From: an uncultured Verrucomicrobiae bacterium
Lineage (GTDB): Bacteria; Verrucomicrobiota; Verrucomicrobiia; Limisphaerales; Palsa-1400
Reading direction: 5' to 3'
NCBI GenBank assembly: GCA_963702845.1
Contig: OY969763.1
Span: 4,960,001-5,024,000 of the forward strand
Length of the DNA: 64,000 nucleotides
Shown: positions 11,655-21,566 of the stretch, piece by piece
Numbering within the stretch: the first letter of the stretch is position 1
Layout of the letters: every line of letters begins with the position of its first letter
The notes under the pieces: generated by a model
Told to the model about the DNA's origin: nothing
Database searches by the model: none
The model's input: only the letters and a program-made list of their open reading frames with translations
Translations under genes and position numbers: made by a program

Positions 11655-12833
11655 TTACTCTGCGCTCGCAACGGATTTCTTCAACCCGAGGTTGCGCTCA
11701 TACGTTCCCAGCTTTGTCGGACTGGAAGCTTCTTTTGATCTGAGTTCTGCATCGAGATAAGCGAGCCGTTGTTGAGCAACGTCGGCGAGAGCGGTTTTCG
11801 GCAGCCGGTCGATAATTCGGCGCAAACTGTCTTCAGCGGCCCGGCGATCATTGGCAACTCGGATATGAAGGGTCGCCAGCAAATTCAGCCAACGCGCAAT
11901 GTTCTTCGGTGTCTCAACAGGGATCGCGATGAGTTGCTCCAATTGATCGGCGGCGAGGTCCATGCGCTTGAATTCGTCGGCGTAAATGACGGCAAGTTTT
12001 TCGCGCGCAGTCGTGTCCCAGGGATGAGCCTGAAGCTGTTCGACGAGGGCTGCGGCAGTTTCTGATGAGCGCGCTGGTTCCTCAACGGCGGCGGGGGCGG
12101 AGGTCAGCCCGAGATGACCTTCGTGGCGTTTAACTGTGTATGTCTTTGTGACCGGCACGGCGGTGAGCGAAGCGATGCGCTGGGCCGCCGTGTGCGCCTG
12201 TGGCGAATCGGGAAAACTCAGCACAATGCGTTCGAGATATTCGCGCGCGGCGCTCGCGTCTTCAGTATATTTTAGGCTCCAATCAGCCATCGTGTGCAAG
12301 GCTGTGGTGACGTATTGCACCGGGTGATTGGGGGCTTCGAGGAGGCGTTCGACGGTCAACTGCGCACTGGGCAGATCGTGCTGGTCTTCGGCTTGAATGC
12401 TGGCAATGAGCATGGTGGCGCGGAAATCGCCCGGAAACTTTTCGAGCTGTTTGCGAATTTCGGCAAGAGCACCGGCGTAATCACCACGTTGACGTCTGCC
12501 CTCGGCAATAGAGTAAAGCGGCGTCGGATCAACCTCCTGACGTCCGCCATCAAAAAGACTGGTCAGTGGACTTGCCACGAATTCTCCAATATGTGGTGCC
12601 CAAATTAGCCCGGCAGGCACCGCGAACAGCAGCAGAATCAACGGCGCAAACGGACCGAACTTCAGCGAAAATGGAAAACCAAATCCAAGAAGGCCGACAG
12701 TTATAATCCACTTAACAACTAACTTCGGCGGGTCTTCACTATTGCGAAGGGTGCGAACGGCGACCCAGCCAATGACGATAACAAAAAAGACCAGGCCTAA
12801 AATTCCGACGAATATGTTTCCTAGTCGATTCAT
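11655..12833 (-). CDS. Membrane-anchored tetratricopeptide-repeat protein
   Basis: Three N-terminal TM helices followed by TPR-like helices. Confidence 0.75.
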   Translation of the reverse strand: MNRLGNIFVGILGLVFFVIVIGWVAVRTLRNSEDPPKLVVKWIITVGLLGFGFPFSLKFGPFAPLILLLFAVPAGLIWAPHIGEFVASPLTSLFDGGRQEVDPTPLYSIAEGRRQRGDYAGALAEIRKQLEKFPGDFRATMLIASIQAEDQHDLPSAQLTVERLLEAPNHPVQYVTTALHTMADWSLKYTEDASAAREYLERIVLSFPDSPQAHTAAQRIASLTAVPVTKTYTVKRHEGHLGLTSAPAAVEEPARSSETAAALVEQLQAHPWDTTAREKLAVIYADEFKRMDLAADQLEQLIAIPVETPKNIARWLNLLATLHIRVANDRRAAEDSLRRIIDRLPKTALADVAQQRLAYLDAELRSKEASSPTKLGTYERNLGLKKSVASAE

Positions 12834-12859
12834 AAACGCCGAATCACTCCGGCGCGGGG

Positions 12860-13618
12860 CTACTCTTTAGATAAATCAAATTTCAAGACCGTTTGCGAGC
12901 CTGTTTTTGCATTGTGCATGTCCATCTTTTCCAAACGCCATTGGCCGTTCACCTTTTTGAAGCTGCTGCCGTGCAGAGAGAATTCTTTGACCAACTTGTT
13001 TCTGGCATCGTAACCCTCGGCGAGAAGGATGCCGTTTGACTCTTTGTCGACGAAAGCCTTGATGCGGACGATTTCACGCGCGCTTGGATTGATACTTTCG
13101 AGGATATAGCAATCGCGGCCGAGACGCAGTTCGCCTTTGAGGCGGGCTTGCTCAGGCCAGAAAATGAATTCGGTTCCGAGGTCGGTCAGCCAAAAATCAG
13201 ATTGTGCGAACGGCACGTAAGCTTGTTGCGTTGCAATTGGTCTGGGTTGTGGAATCGGCGAACCGACTGTTGCTGCACGCGCGTATGCGTATTGGGGCAC
13301 TCCGCCGGCAGTGCGCGTGATTATTAACAGCTCGCCGGGAATGCCAGCAGTGGGCTTCGATTCGTAAATCGTTTGCCACGTGTTACCGCGCACGACGATT
13401 CTGCAGACAACGGGAATATGCTTTTTGCCATCATGGGAGATGTTAAGCACACCGTGAATTTCCGAATCGTGTTCAGGCCGACCCGCCTGAATTTCCCGCA
13501 CGAGTCTTTGGCCTTCGGCGAGTTGGTCGGCAGAGGGAGCGCTGACTCTCGCCCCAAACACGCAGCAACTTAAGAATGTAATGAAAACTGCCCCGCAGAC
13601 TGTGTATCTGTTTTTCAT
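12860..13618 (-). CDS. Outer-membrane lipoprotein-sorting (LolA-like) family protein
   Basis: Signal peptide; PFAQSDFWLTDL, GRDCYILES and FKKVNGQW motifs typical of the LolA-like family. Confidence 0.7.
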   Translation of the reverse strand: MKNRYTVCGAVFITFLSCCVFGARVSAPSADQLAEGQRLVREIQAGRPEHDSEIHGVLNISHDGKKHIPVVCRIVVRGNTWQTIYESKPTAGIPGELLIITRTAGGVPQYAYARAATVGSPIPQPRPIATQQAYVPFAQSDFWLTDLGTEFIFWPEQARLKGELRLGRDCYILESINPSAREIVRIKAFVDKESNGILLAEGYDARNKLVKEFSLHGSSFKKVNGQWRLEKMDMHNAKTGSQTVLKFDLSKE

Positions 13619-13659
13619 CTCCGTTCCACTAGCCAACCACACCCTGACCGTTTTGTCTA

Positions 13660-15165
13660 CTAGGCGACGCTGGCGGCAAGCTCTTCCTCGACGTCCACGA
13701 TCTCTTTTATTTGCGCGAGGAACCAGCGGTCGATTTTCGTCAGGTTGAAAATATCATCAATCGTGAAGCCGGCGCGCATGGCGTGGCGGATGAAGAAAAT
13801 GCGTTCGGCGTTTGGGGCACTGAGCTTTTGGGTGATGACGTCGCGCGGAAGGATGTCGCGGTCGCCGTAAACTTCTGTGCCGATACGCCAGGCTTTGCCG
13901 TCGCCGCCGAGACCGGAACGGCCGACTTCGAGCGAGCGCAATGCTTTTTGCAAAGACTCTTTAAACGTGCGTCCGATGGCCATGGCTTCACCAACGGACT
14001 TCATTTGCGTGTTCAGCGTCGGGTCGGCTTGCGGGAATTTTTCGAAAGCAAAACGCGGAACTTTGGTGACGACGTAATCGATGGTCGGCTCGAAGCTCGC
14101 AGGGGTTTCGCGCGTGATGTCGTTTTTGATTTCGTCGAGCAAGTAACCGATCGCCAGTTTGGCGGCGATTTTGGCGATGGGGAAACCAGTCGCTTTCGAC
14201 GCAAGCGCGGAGGAACGCGACACGCGCGGGTTCATCTCGATGATAACCATACGGCCATTGTCGGGATTCACGCCAAATTGAATGTTCGAACCACCGGTTT
14301 CAACGCCGACGGCGCGAATGATCGCGAAGCTCGCGTCGCGCATGAGTTGATATTCTTTGTCGGTCAGCGTTTGGATCGGCGCGACGGTGATGGAGTCGCC
14401 GGTGTGAACGCCCATCGGGTCGAAATTTTCGATGGAGCAAACGATCACGCAATTGTCGGCGCAATCGCGCATGACTTCCATTTCGTATTCTTTCCAACCG
14501 AGCAAGGACTCTTCGATCAGGACTTCCGAAACGGGCGATAGTTCGATGCCGCGTTTGGCCATCATTTCAAATTCTTCGCCGTTGTAGGCGATGCCACCGC
14601 CGGTACCACCGAGAGTGTAGGCAGGGCGGATGATGAGCGGAAATTTGCCAATCTTGTCGGCGACGGCGTGGGCTTCTTCGATGTTATGAGCGGTGCCGCT
14701 GATGGGGACATCCAGACCGATGGAGAGCATCAGGTCTTTGAAAATCTGGCGGTCTTCACCACGTTGAATCGCGGCCGCATCTGCTCCGATCATTTCCACG
14801 TTGAACTTTTTCAACGTCCCACGTTTGTTCAACGCCATCGCGGTGTTAAGAGCGGTTTGACCACCTAGCGTTGGCAGTAAAACCAATTTGCCCTTTGCGC
14901 CCATGCGCTTCATTTCGGCGACTTCACGTTCGATGATTTTTTCGACGCACTCAGGTGTGATCGGCTCGATGTAGGTGCGATCGGCGAACTCAGGATCGGT
15001 CATGATCGTGGCCGGGTTCGAGTTGACGAGGACGATGCGATAGCCTTCTTCGCGCAAGGCCTTGCAGGCTTGCGTGCCGGAATAGTCGAATTCGCACGCC
15101 TGGCCGATAATAATCGGGCCTGCGCCAATAATCAGAACTGAATGTATGTCGTCGCGACGAGGCAT
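13660..15165 (-). CDS. carB: Carbamoyl-phosphate synthase large subunit, N-terminal half only (501 aa)
   Basis: [36 protein letters not shown] and MKSVGE motifs; ends just after IDRWFLAQI in the oligomerisation domain. Confidence 0.9.
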   Translation of the reverse strand: MPRRDDIHSVLIIGAGPIIIGQACEFDYSGTQACKALREEGYRIVLVNSNPATIMTDPEFADRTYIEPITPECVEKIIEREVAEMKRMGAKGKLVLLPTLGGQTALNTAMALNKRGTLKKFNVEMIGADAAAIQRGEDRQIFKDLMLSIGLDVPISGTAHNIEEAHAVADKIGKFPLIIRPAYTLGGTGGGIAYNGEEFEMMAKRGIELSPVSEVLIEESLLGWKEYEMEVMRDCADNCVIVCSIENFDPMGVHTGDSITVAPIQTLTDKEYQLMRDASFAIIRAVGVETGGSNIQFGVNPDNGRMVIIEMNPRVSRSSALASKATGFPIAKIAAKLAIGYLLDEIKNDITRETPASFEPTIDYVVTKVPRFAFEKFPQADPTLNTQMKSVGEAMAIGRTFKESLQKALRSLEVGRSGLGGDGKAWRIGTEVYGDRDILPRDVITQKLSAPNAERIFFIRHAMRAGFTIDDIFNLTKIDRWFLAQIKEIVDVEEELAASVA

Positions 15166-15174
15166 TGCCGGAAA

Positions 15175-15204
15175 AAGCTAAAGGCTAAAGGCTAAAGGAT
15201 AAAG
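15175..15204. repeat. Heptamer array (GCTAAAG)x3-4 directly upstream of the carB start
   Basis: aagctaaaggctaaaggctaaaggataaag. Confidence 0.8.
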
Positions 15205-15221
15205 CGGAAAGATGTGATTCC

Positions 15222-17537
15222 CTACGGGACAGAACAACGATAGAAGCGAGTTGGGAATATATTTGCGTTGGTGTCAGTGAACTGCCAGGCACCATTGGCC
15301 GGAGCGGCGTTGGTGAAAATGGGCTGCCAACCCACAGGTGGTGTCAGGCTGGTCGCAGCGAGAATAGTGCCGTTGGCGTTAGGCGCAGTTAACAAGTTCA
15401 TCGTCAGCGTGCCGTCGTTGTTTCTGCGCGGATTGGAGATCATTGTCAGAACGTTCGCCTGCGCAACCATCGAAGAAGCGTTTGTTCCCGCGGCGCTCAG
15501 AACCCCGCCAACATATAAGCGGCCAAAGTTGTCAGTGGCCAGAGAGATGATAATGGCATTGACGCCTGAGCCAAGTGCGGACCAGTTGGTCCCGTTCCAC
15601 CGGGCGATTCGATTGACCAGCAGTCCCGAAGCATTGGTGAACGCACTGCCAGCGTAAAGATTTTGCGCGGGATCGAGCGCCAGTGAGTAAACATAGTAAT
15701 CCAGACCATTCCCAAGCGATGACCAGTTCGTGCCGTCCCAAACAGCGACATAGTTCGCCGGGACGCCAGACATGCTGGTGAATTGTCCACCGGCGTATAA
15801 TCGGCCATCGCGTCCCATAGCCAGTGACCCAACATAAACGGTGCCCGCTGATGTGCCGGAGCCCAATGTGGACCAGGAGGACCCGTTCCATTTCGCAATT
15901 GAGTTCACAGGCAAGCCGCCCGCGGTGGTGAAACTGCCCCCCATGTAAACGTTGCCAGCATGGTCGAATGCAAACGCGTCGACATTGGCGTTTGCGCCGG
16001 TGATTCCGGACCCCAATGCTGACCAATTTGTGCCATTCCATTTGGCAACTCCGTTGGCAGACACGCCGCCGACGCTGGTAAAAAATCCACCAGCGTAAAG
16101 GTTACCCGCTCCGTCCGAGGCAAGACCAAAAACGGGTTCCGATCCTCCCGCGCCCGACCCAAGCGGAGACCAAGTGTTGCCGTTCCATTTTGCGATGCAA
16201 TTTGCAGCGGTGCCACTGATGGAACTGAATTGGCCTCCCGCATAAACATTCCCCGCCTTGTCGGTCGTCATGATGTTGATGTTTCCATTGCTGACACCCG
16301 AGCCCATAGCGGACCATGCCGTGCCGTCCCACTTGGCAACGTTGCTTACGATTAATCCTCCCACCGTGGTAAAGTCACCGCCTGCATACAAGTTTCCCGC
16401 AGGGTCGGTGGTGATCGAATAAACAAGCTGGTTTAATCCCTGCCCCAGAGCTGACCATGCGTTTCCGTTCCAGCGCGCGATGTTAAGCGCGGTATTGCCC
16501 CCCGCACCGGAAAAATTACCCCCGTAAAAAACGTTGCCAAAGCTGTCTGCCACGATGGTAAAAACGTTGGCTACACCAAGACCCGCACTTAACGCAGACC
16601 AATTCCCGTTATAAACCGCGGCGTGTGCCGCCGGCGAACCACCTGCGCTGGTAAACAATCCGCCGGCATAAAGGTTGCCGTTCGAGTCGAAAGCCAATGC
16701 GGCCACGGATCCGCCGATGCCCGAACCAACTTGAAACCACCCTGATCCGTCCCAATACGCGACGCGCAGAGCTGCGAAATTGTCCGCACTAGTAAATTGT
16801 CCGCCAGCGTAGAGATATCCGAATGAATCAAACACGAGCGCGGTGACGGTAGAATTCATTCCCGAACCGACGGTCGACCAAGAAGTGCCATTCCAAACAG
16901 CAACGCGGTTGGCGGCCAGCGTCCCAATATTCGTGAAACTGCCACCGGCAAATACGTTCCCGCTAGTATCTGCAGCAAGCGCGGCGACGCTTGAATTCAT
17001 CCCCGCGCCCACCGCGGACCACGTCGAACCGGTCCACTTAGCAATGTTGGTTGCGCCTATTGTCGTATTGGTGAAGGAACCTCCCGCATAGAGTATTCCC
17101 GATGAATCGACGGCCAGTGACAAAATGCCACCTTTTACCGCAAAACCAATTCCCGTCCAATTCGTGCCATCCCACTTCGCGACGTTTGTCGCGAGCAGAT
17201 TCACATTTGTGAAAGCTCCACCTGCGTAGAGATTGCCTGATGCATCTATCGCCAGGGCTCGAACCGTTCCGCCGAGTCCGGCACCAACGTTTGACCATCG
17301 CGTGCCGTCCCATTTGGCGACGCCCAGAGAAATCGCGGTTGCAAGTGCATTGAACATGCCAGCAGCGTAGGTGATACTGTTTTTCGAATCCTGAAGAGTT
17401 GCATAAACGGTACCGTCAGCGCCGGGCGGCACGCCAAGTGATACCCAACGGTTATCAGTAAAAGTTTCCCCGTGAATCGCTAACGCGGCAAAAATCAGGG
17501 TCCCAAACCCTGCAAATATTCCATAATTAGTCTTCAT
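15222..17537 (-). CDS. Secreted multi-blade beta-propeller protein with Verrucomicrobia-type C-terminal domain
   Basis: Signal peptide from MKTNYG (17537); about 14 repeats of LYAGGxFTxxGGxxANxIAKWNGxxWSxLGSG; ends FTDTNA...RFYRCSVP. Confidence 0.85.
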   Translation of the reverse strand: MKTNYGIFAGFGTLIFAALAIHGETFTDNRWVSLGVPPGADGTVYATLQDSKNSITYAAGMFNALATAISLGVAKWDGTRWSNVGAGLGGTVRALAIDASGNLYAGGAFTNVNLLATNVAKWDGTNWTGIGFAVKGGILSLAVDSSGILYAGGSFTNTTIGATNIAKWTGSTWSAVGAGMNSSVAALAADTSGNVFAGGSFTNIGTLAANRVAVWNGTSWSTVGSGMNSTVTALVFDSFGYLYAGGQFTSADNFAALRVAYWDGSGWFQVGSGIGGSVAALAFDSNGNLYAGGLFTSAGGSPAAHAAVYNGNWSALSAGLGVANVFTIVADSFGNVFYGGNFSGAGGNTALNIARWNGNAWSALGQGLNQLVYSITTDPAGNLYAGGDFTTVGGLIVSNVAKWDGTAWSAMGSGVSNGNINIMTTDKAGNVYAGGQFSSISGTAANCIAKWNGNTWSPLGSGAGGSEPVFGLASDGAGNLYAGGFFTSVGGVSANGVAKWNGTNWSALGSGITGANANVDAFAFDHAGNVYMGGSFTTAGGLPVNSIAKWNGSSWSTLGSGTSAGTVYVGSLAMGRDGRLYAGGQFTSMSGVPANYVAVWDGTNWSSLGNGLDYYVYSLALDPAQNLYAGSAFTNASGLLVNRIARWNGTNWSALGSGVNAIIISLATDNFGRLYVGGVLSAAGTNASSMVAQANVLTMISNPRRNNDGTLTMNLLTAPNANGTILAATSLTPPVGWQPIFTNAAPANGAWQFTDTNANIFPTRFYRCSVP

Positions 17538-17626
17538 AGAAGTTGCCCAACCGCTGCTCGGGGGATGCCCAATTCTGTAACCCCGTTTCGGGCTTGTCAA
17601 ACAAAGCCAACGCCAAAAATGCGCGG

Positions 17627-17647
17627 TTAGTCGTCGCGCCGAGGCAT
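17627..17647 (-). other. Orphan copy of the carB 5' end (mini-ORF MPRRDD-stop)
   Basis: 17630-17647 matches 15148-15165 at 17 of 18 positions. Confidence 0.8.
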
Positions 17648-17712
17648 ATTATTTCAAAACTCGAATCCGAAACCGGAACGTCCGGTTCGCATTAAAGCAC
17701 GAAACTTATGGA

Positions 17713-18828
17713 CTAAACACCTGTCCTGGCGGTCGCCGCTGCCGCTTGTGTGATAGCGCGCTTCGCCATAATGGCTTCGATGATCTTTTTGCCGAGATCA
17801 GGTTTTTCGACGAGTGCGAGGCGCGCGGCGTCTTTGCCTTGGCCAATCAGTTCGCCACCGAACTGGAGCCATGCGCCTTTCTTATCAACGGCGCCGGTGG
17901 CGATGCCCATGTCGATGATGCTGCCTTCTTTGTTGATGCCGTGGTTGTAAATGATTTCAAATTCGGCTTCGGCAAAGGGCGGCGCGACTTTGTTTTTCAC
18001 GATCTTCACTTTGACGCAGTTACCGATGGCGTTGCCGGCGGAGTCTTTCAAGGTGTCGCGACGGCGGATGTCGATGCGGACGCTGGCGTAAAATTTCAGC
18101 GCTTTACCGCCGGGGGTCGTTTCGGGATTGCCGAACATGACGCCGACTTTTTCGCGGAGTTGGTTGGTGAAAATGCAGGTCGTTTTGGACTTGTTCAGGA
18201 TGGCGGTGAGTTTGCGGAGCGCCTGGCTCATGAGGCGGGCTTGCATTCCCATGGTGGCCATGCCCATTTCGCCTTCGAGTTCGGCTTTCGGGACAAGCGC
18301 GGCGACGGAGTCGATGACGATGACGTCGAGGGCGTTGGAGCGCGCGAGCGTTTCGCAAATGGTCAGGGCTTCTTCACCGCTGTCCGGTTGCGAGACGAGC
18401 AGGTCGTCGAGATTGACGCCGAGTTTTTTGGCATAAGCGGGGTCGAGCGCGTGTTCGGCGTCGATGAAGGCTGCCAGACCGCCGGACTTTTGTGCGTTGG
18501 CGATGACGTGGAGCATCAAGGTCGTTTTACCGGAGGATTCAGGGCCGAAGATTTCAACGACGCGGCCGCGGGGCAAACCGCCGACACCGAGGGCGAGATC
18601 AACGGCGAGTGCGCCGGTGGGGATGACTTCGATGCCGACTTTGGAGCGGGCATCGCCGAGGCGCATGATGCTGCCTTCACCGTAGGCTTTGGTGATGGTG
18701 GAAATGGCGGCGTCGAGATCGCGTTGGCGCGCGGCAGAAATTTTGCCGTCATTCGCTTTTTCGACGGCTTTCGGGTCCGCTTTTGATTCAGGCGCAGGCG
18801 CAGCCGGTTTTTCAGTTTTTGGAGGCAT
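17713..18828 (-). CDS. recA: Recombinase A
   Basis: [28 protein letters not shown] and [10 protein letters not shown] motifs. Confidence 0.99.
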   Translation of the reverse strand: MPPKTEKPAAPAPESKADPKAVEKANDGKISAARQRDLDAAISTITKAYGEGSIMRLGDARSKVGIEVIPTGALAVDLALGVGGLPRGRVVEIFGPESSGKTTLMLHVIANAQKSGGLAAFIDAEHALDPAYAKKLGVNLDDLLVSQPDSGEEALTICETLARSNALDVIVIDSVAALVPKAELEGEMGMATMGMQARLMSQALRKLTAILNKSKTTCIFTNQLREKVGVMFGNPETTPGGKALKFYASVRIDIRRRDTLKDSAGNAIGNCVKVKIVKNKVAPPFAEAEFEIIYNHGINKEGSIIDMGIATGAVDKKGAWLQFGGELIGQGKDAARLALVEKPDLGKKIIEAIMAKRAITQAAAATARTGV

Positions 18829-18928
18829 AAAAATCGAGTGTTAAAGTCCTAAATTGTTGAGTGAATTTGAGCCGATGCGTTGGTGTTAGTCAATGCGGTT
18901 CGGTAGAAACAAAAGGCGGCTACTAAAC

Positions 18929-19227
18929 AATCTTTTATTTTACCGTTAGGAACCGTTAGGAAGTGATAGGAACCGATATCCGCACCGCAAAATAAAGGAT
19001 TCCTTTTTTTAGGGTTAAAGAAGTTTAAAGAAGTTTTATAAAGTTTAATTCCGGGTCCCCGGGATGCTGGTTCCAAGCTGCAGAATTCGGGATCGAAGTT
19101 TGATAACCTCCGAAGACGTGAAACCGTCAGCGCGGGACCAAACGAATGGAACGCGCGAAAAAAAGGATTCTTTTTTTGGTGTCCAGAGGTGTCCAGAACT
19201 GTCCGCAGGTGTCCGGAGGTGTCCGTC
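18929..19227. repeat. Three different 10-bp tandem arrays, each preceded by a T-tract
   Basis: 18941-18980 (AACCGTTAGG-type x4), 19011-19050 (AAGTTTAAAG-type x4), 19178-19227 (GGTGTCCRGA-type x5). Confidence 0.88.
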
Positions 19228-19322
19228 GGAGGATTTTCAAACGTGCAACTCATCCGAACACGCGGTTTTTGTCGCGTATCAATTTTATGATTTTCAATTT
19301 TCATGAGGTGAGCTTAGCAAGG

Positions 19323-19349
19323 TCACTTGGACAAAGGCTGTCCAAGTGA
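19323..19349. promoter_or_regulatory. Perfect 11-bp inverted repeat, candidate operator
   Basis: tcacttggaca-aaggc-tgtccaagtga; no U-tract; lies 19-45 bp upstream of the minus-strand ATG at 19304. Confidence 0.5.
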
Positions 19350-19584
19350 AAATATTTGTGATTTTTTTGTTAGTAGTTGGTGGGGAGAGGGATTCGTTGC
19401 AAAAATGGGAATTTTGGGAAGGATGGGAAGTAGGAAAAGCGCAGATTTCGGAGATGGAAAATGGAAAACCTGCGCGGGGGAGTGACTGCGGGTGTCAACT
19501 TAACCGAACGGGCTTGTTCGTGTATTAAAATAATGCGAACCTCTGTCGTGTAATAATTAGCCAATATCTGAAATGTTAGGCAAA

Positions 19585-20499
19585 ATGCGCGAGTTACTCA
19601 CTACGTTGCTATTATTTTTGGGCATATGCCTCAGTTGTTTCAGCAACGGGCATCGGATGACGCCCGACATCACTGTCGAGAATAACACAACGAATCGTCT
19701 GGATTGGATGCACATCCAGTGGGGCAATGACGAAGTGCAAGTGGGCAGCATACCACCCGGCAACGCTGCGATCTTTATCCGTTACAGTCTTCGAACGGCT
19801 GCGAATACGAACCTGGCGGTGATCAGCTTTATCCATGAAGACACACCGGGGTTGAGTTGGAACTCTGGTCGGAACGCTGAGGTGCGAGCGCGACGCGCGC
19901 GTTCGTGGACACACATCCCGGTTGACGTCAGTCCTGTGCTCCAGCTGCATCAGGAGCGTTACCACCTTACGTTTCGGATTCTAAGCGTCACAAACGCAGT
20001 TGTTCTGGTGGAAAAAAACGAGTCCAAATCGCTTGGCGAGGTTTCGTTCGAGATGACAACAGAACTCCGCGACAAGGTCATTGCCAACCCACGAGACGAC
20101 GCCAGCCTTCGTGAACTGGTGAGTCTGCTCGACGACAACGCCGCCATCAACAGAGCCAATGCGGCGGGATGCCTGCGTCAACTTGGGGAAAATAGACTGA
20201 CGAGAGGACGAGTTGCGCCGATTGTCGTTCCGGCGCTAGCTCGGCGAATCGACTATGTGGGTCGCGAAGCACTGATTGCTCTGGCCGCTTACGGATCGCT
20301 TGCGTTACCCGCGGTGCCTCAGTTGATCCGAGCAGTCGAGCAATATGCAACGCAAGATAAAGGGTGGTTTGCAGCAGAAGCATTGGGTAACATCGGCCCT
20401 GCTGCGAAGGACGCAATTCCGGCGCTAACTGCTGCTAGAGACAAGGAGTGGATCGGCGAATACGCAGCGGAAGCATTGCGGAAAATCAATGGCCGTTAA
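19585..20499 (+). CDS. Exported hypothetical protein with C-terminal HEAT/PBS-lyase-like repeats (cassette 1)
   Basis: Signal-like N-terminus; AAEALGNIGPAAKDAIPAL and AVPQLIRAV HEAT motifs. Confidence 0.7.
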   Translation: MRELLTTLLLFLGICLSCFSNGHRMTPDITVENNTTNRLDWMHIQWGNDEVQVGSIPPGNAAIFIRYSLRTAANTNLAVISFIHEDTPGLSWNSGRNAEVRARRARSWTHIPVDVSPVLQLHQERYHLTFRILSVTNAVVLVEKNESKSLGEVSFEMTTELRDKVIANPRDDASLRELVSLLDDNAAINRANAAGCLRQLGENRLTRGRVAPIVVPALARRIDYVGREALIALAAYGSLALPAVPQLIRAVEQYATQDKGWFAAEALGNIGPAAKDAIPALTAARDKEWIGEYAAEALRKINGR

Positions 20500-20589
20500 C
20501 CAGTCAATGCAGTGCAACATGGCCTAACCACTGAAATTGCGCGATGTACTCCTTCCGCCTGTCAACTGATGCCAAAAAATCGCTGTAAC

Positions 20590-21030
20590 ATGTCGCGCAT
20601 TGCTATTTTTCTCACAACCCTTGCGGTTGTTGGTTGCACGCCGAAATGGGAGAAGACAAAACGCCCAGACATCACCGGCTCGAACGCGTTTGCATCGGTA
20701 GTTAGTTTTGCGGCGACGAACGGTTGGAACAGCTATTCAGAAACGAACAAATTCATTTTTTGGGCGGAAGAAGAGCCGGCCCACTACATATCCGGCCTTC
20801 CGTGGAAACAATTGAATAAGCAGTCTTTTCCGGCGCTCACGAGTGGAGGCATTCTCTACGTGTTGCAAGGTGACCTATTTCACCACGACTATTATGGTGT
20901 GGCATACAATCCGAATACGAACCGTTTTCCAGAGTGGATTCGTCGCTTTAAACCTATCGGAGACCATTGGTATGTATGGGCGCAGCCGGAGTTTTGGGCT
21001 ACGGCGACAACTCAGGGACGGTATGAATAG
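20590..21030 (+). CDS. Hypothetical lipoprotein (cassette 2)
   Basis: MSRIAIFLTTLAVVGC lipobox; stop codon is 6 nt before the attC-like site. Confidence 0.65.
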   Translation: MSRIAIFLTTLAVVGCTPKWEKTKRPDITGSNAFASVVSFAATNGWNSYSETNKFIFWAEEEPAHYISGLPWKQLNKQSFPALTSGGILYVLQGDLFHHDYYGVAYNPNTNRFPEWIRRFKPIGDHWYVWAQPEFWATATTQGRYE

Positions 21031-21036
21031 CATCGC

Positions 21037-21133
21037 ACCTAACAAGTCGTCGGAGCCAACCTTCGGCAGGCACTGGAGTTGGGCTTCATGGCCGGCAGGG
21101 TTCGGGCGCGTGGTCAGCCTCTTCGCGTTAATT
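21037..21133 (+). mobile_element. attC-like recombination site (degenerate)
   Basis: Begins ACCTAAC-AAGTCGTCGGAGCCAACC, ends GTGGTCAGCCTCTTCGC-GTTAATT; 97 bp; fills the whole intergenic gap. Confidence 0.65.
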
Positions 21134-21135
21134 TT

Positions 21136-21561
21136 ATGAAACGCTTTGCCACCATTTTAGGGCTGTTGCTTGCTCTGGCCGGGTGCGCGACACATCGCAC
21201 AAGCTCAGTTGCAACCGTTCGCCGTGATGCTCAGAATCGGTATGAGATCGAACTTCATGGTGTCGAGTGGTCGGCAGGCGGTCCGTGCAATTTCCCACAA
21301 ATGCCTCACAGAACGTCAATGTCACACTGGATTTACACGCCGACTCTTTCGGGCGTGGTACCTGCCGACCGGGTGATTCTGACGTATGAACGTGCCCAGA
21401 CTCAATTTCCGCAAACTGATTTGCGGGGTTCAATTCAGTTCATGTCCAATAATCTGCGCGTCAGCCTTAAGTGCCCTTGCTACCGGGACGACGGCAAAAT
21501 CGACCATTATACAGCGTACGAGTTCAATGGAACCTACAGCTTGGTTGAGCTGAATCGGTGA
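21136..21561 (+). CDS. Hypothetical lipoprotein (cassette 3)
   Basis: MKRFATILGLLLALAGC lipobox; ATG 2 nt after the attC-like right end. Confidence 0.7.
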   Translation: MKRFATILGLLLALAGCATHRTSSVATVRRDAQNRYEIELHGVEWSAGGPCNFPQMPHRTSMSHWIYTPTLSGVVPADRVILTYERAQTQFPQTDLRGSIQFMSNNLRVSLKCPCYRDDGKIDHYTAYEFNGTYSLVELNR

Positions 21562-21566
21562 GTGTG

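Noticed and set aside
17746..18786. Long antisense ORFs over recA (also over carB, the DUF4175-like gene and the kinase)
   Set aside because: Shadow frames expected from codon bias in GC-rich genes; no recognisable domains
18929..19227. CRISPR array interpretation of the repeats
   Set aside because: Units are 10 bp and contiguous, with no 23-50 bp repeats, no unique spacers of regular length and no cas genes
18849..19304. 151-aa ORF as a confident protein-coding gene
   Set aside because: The sequence is dictated by 10-bp nucleotide repeats and has no recognisable domain. It is kept only as part of the repeat-element finding.
18829..19560. LexA box upstream of recA
   Set aside because: No good match to the Verrucomicrobia-type TGTTC-N4-GAACA (best GGTTC-GGTA-GAAAC has three mismatches). 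GAAC-N6-GTTC at ~19506 has the wrong spacing for GAAC-N4-GTTC.
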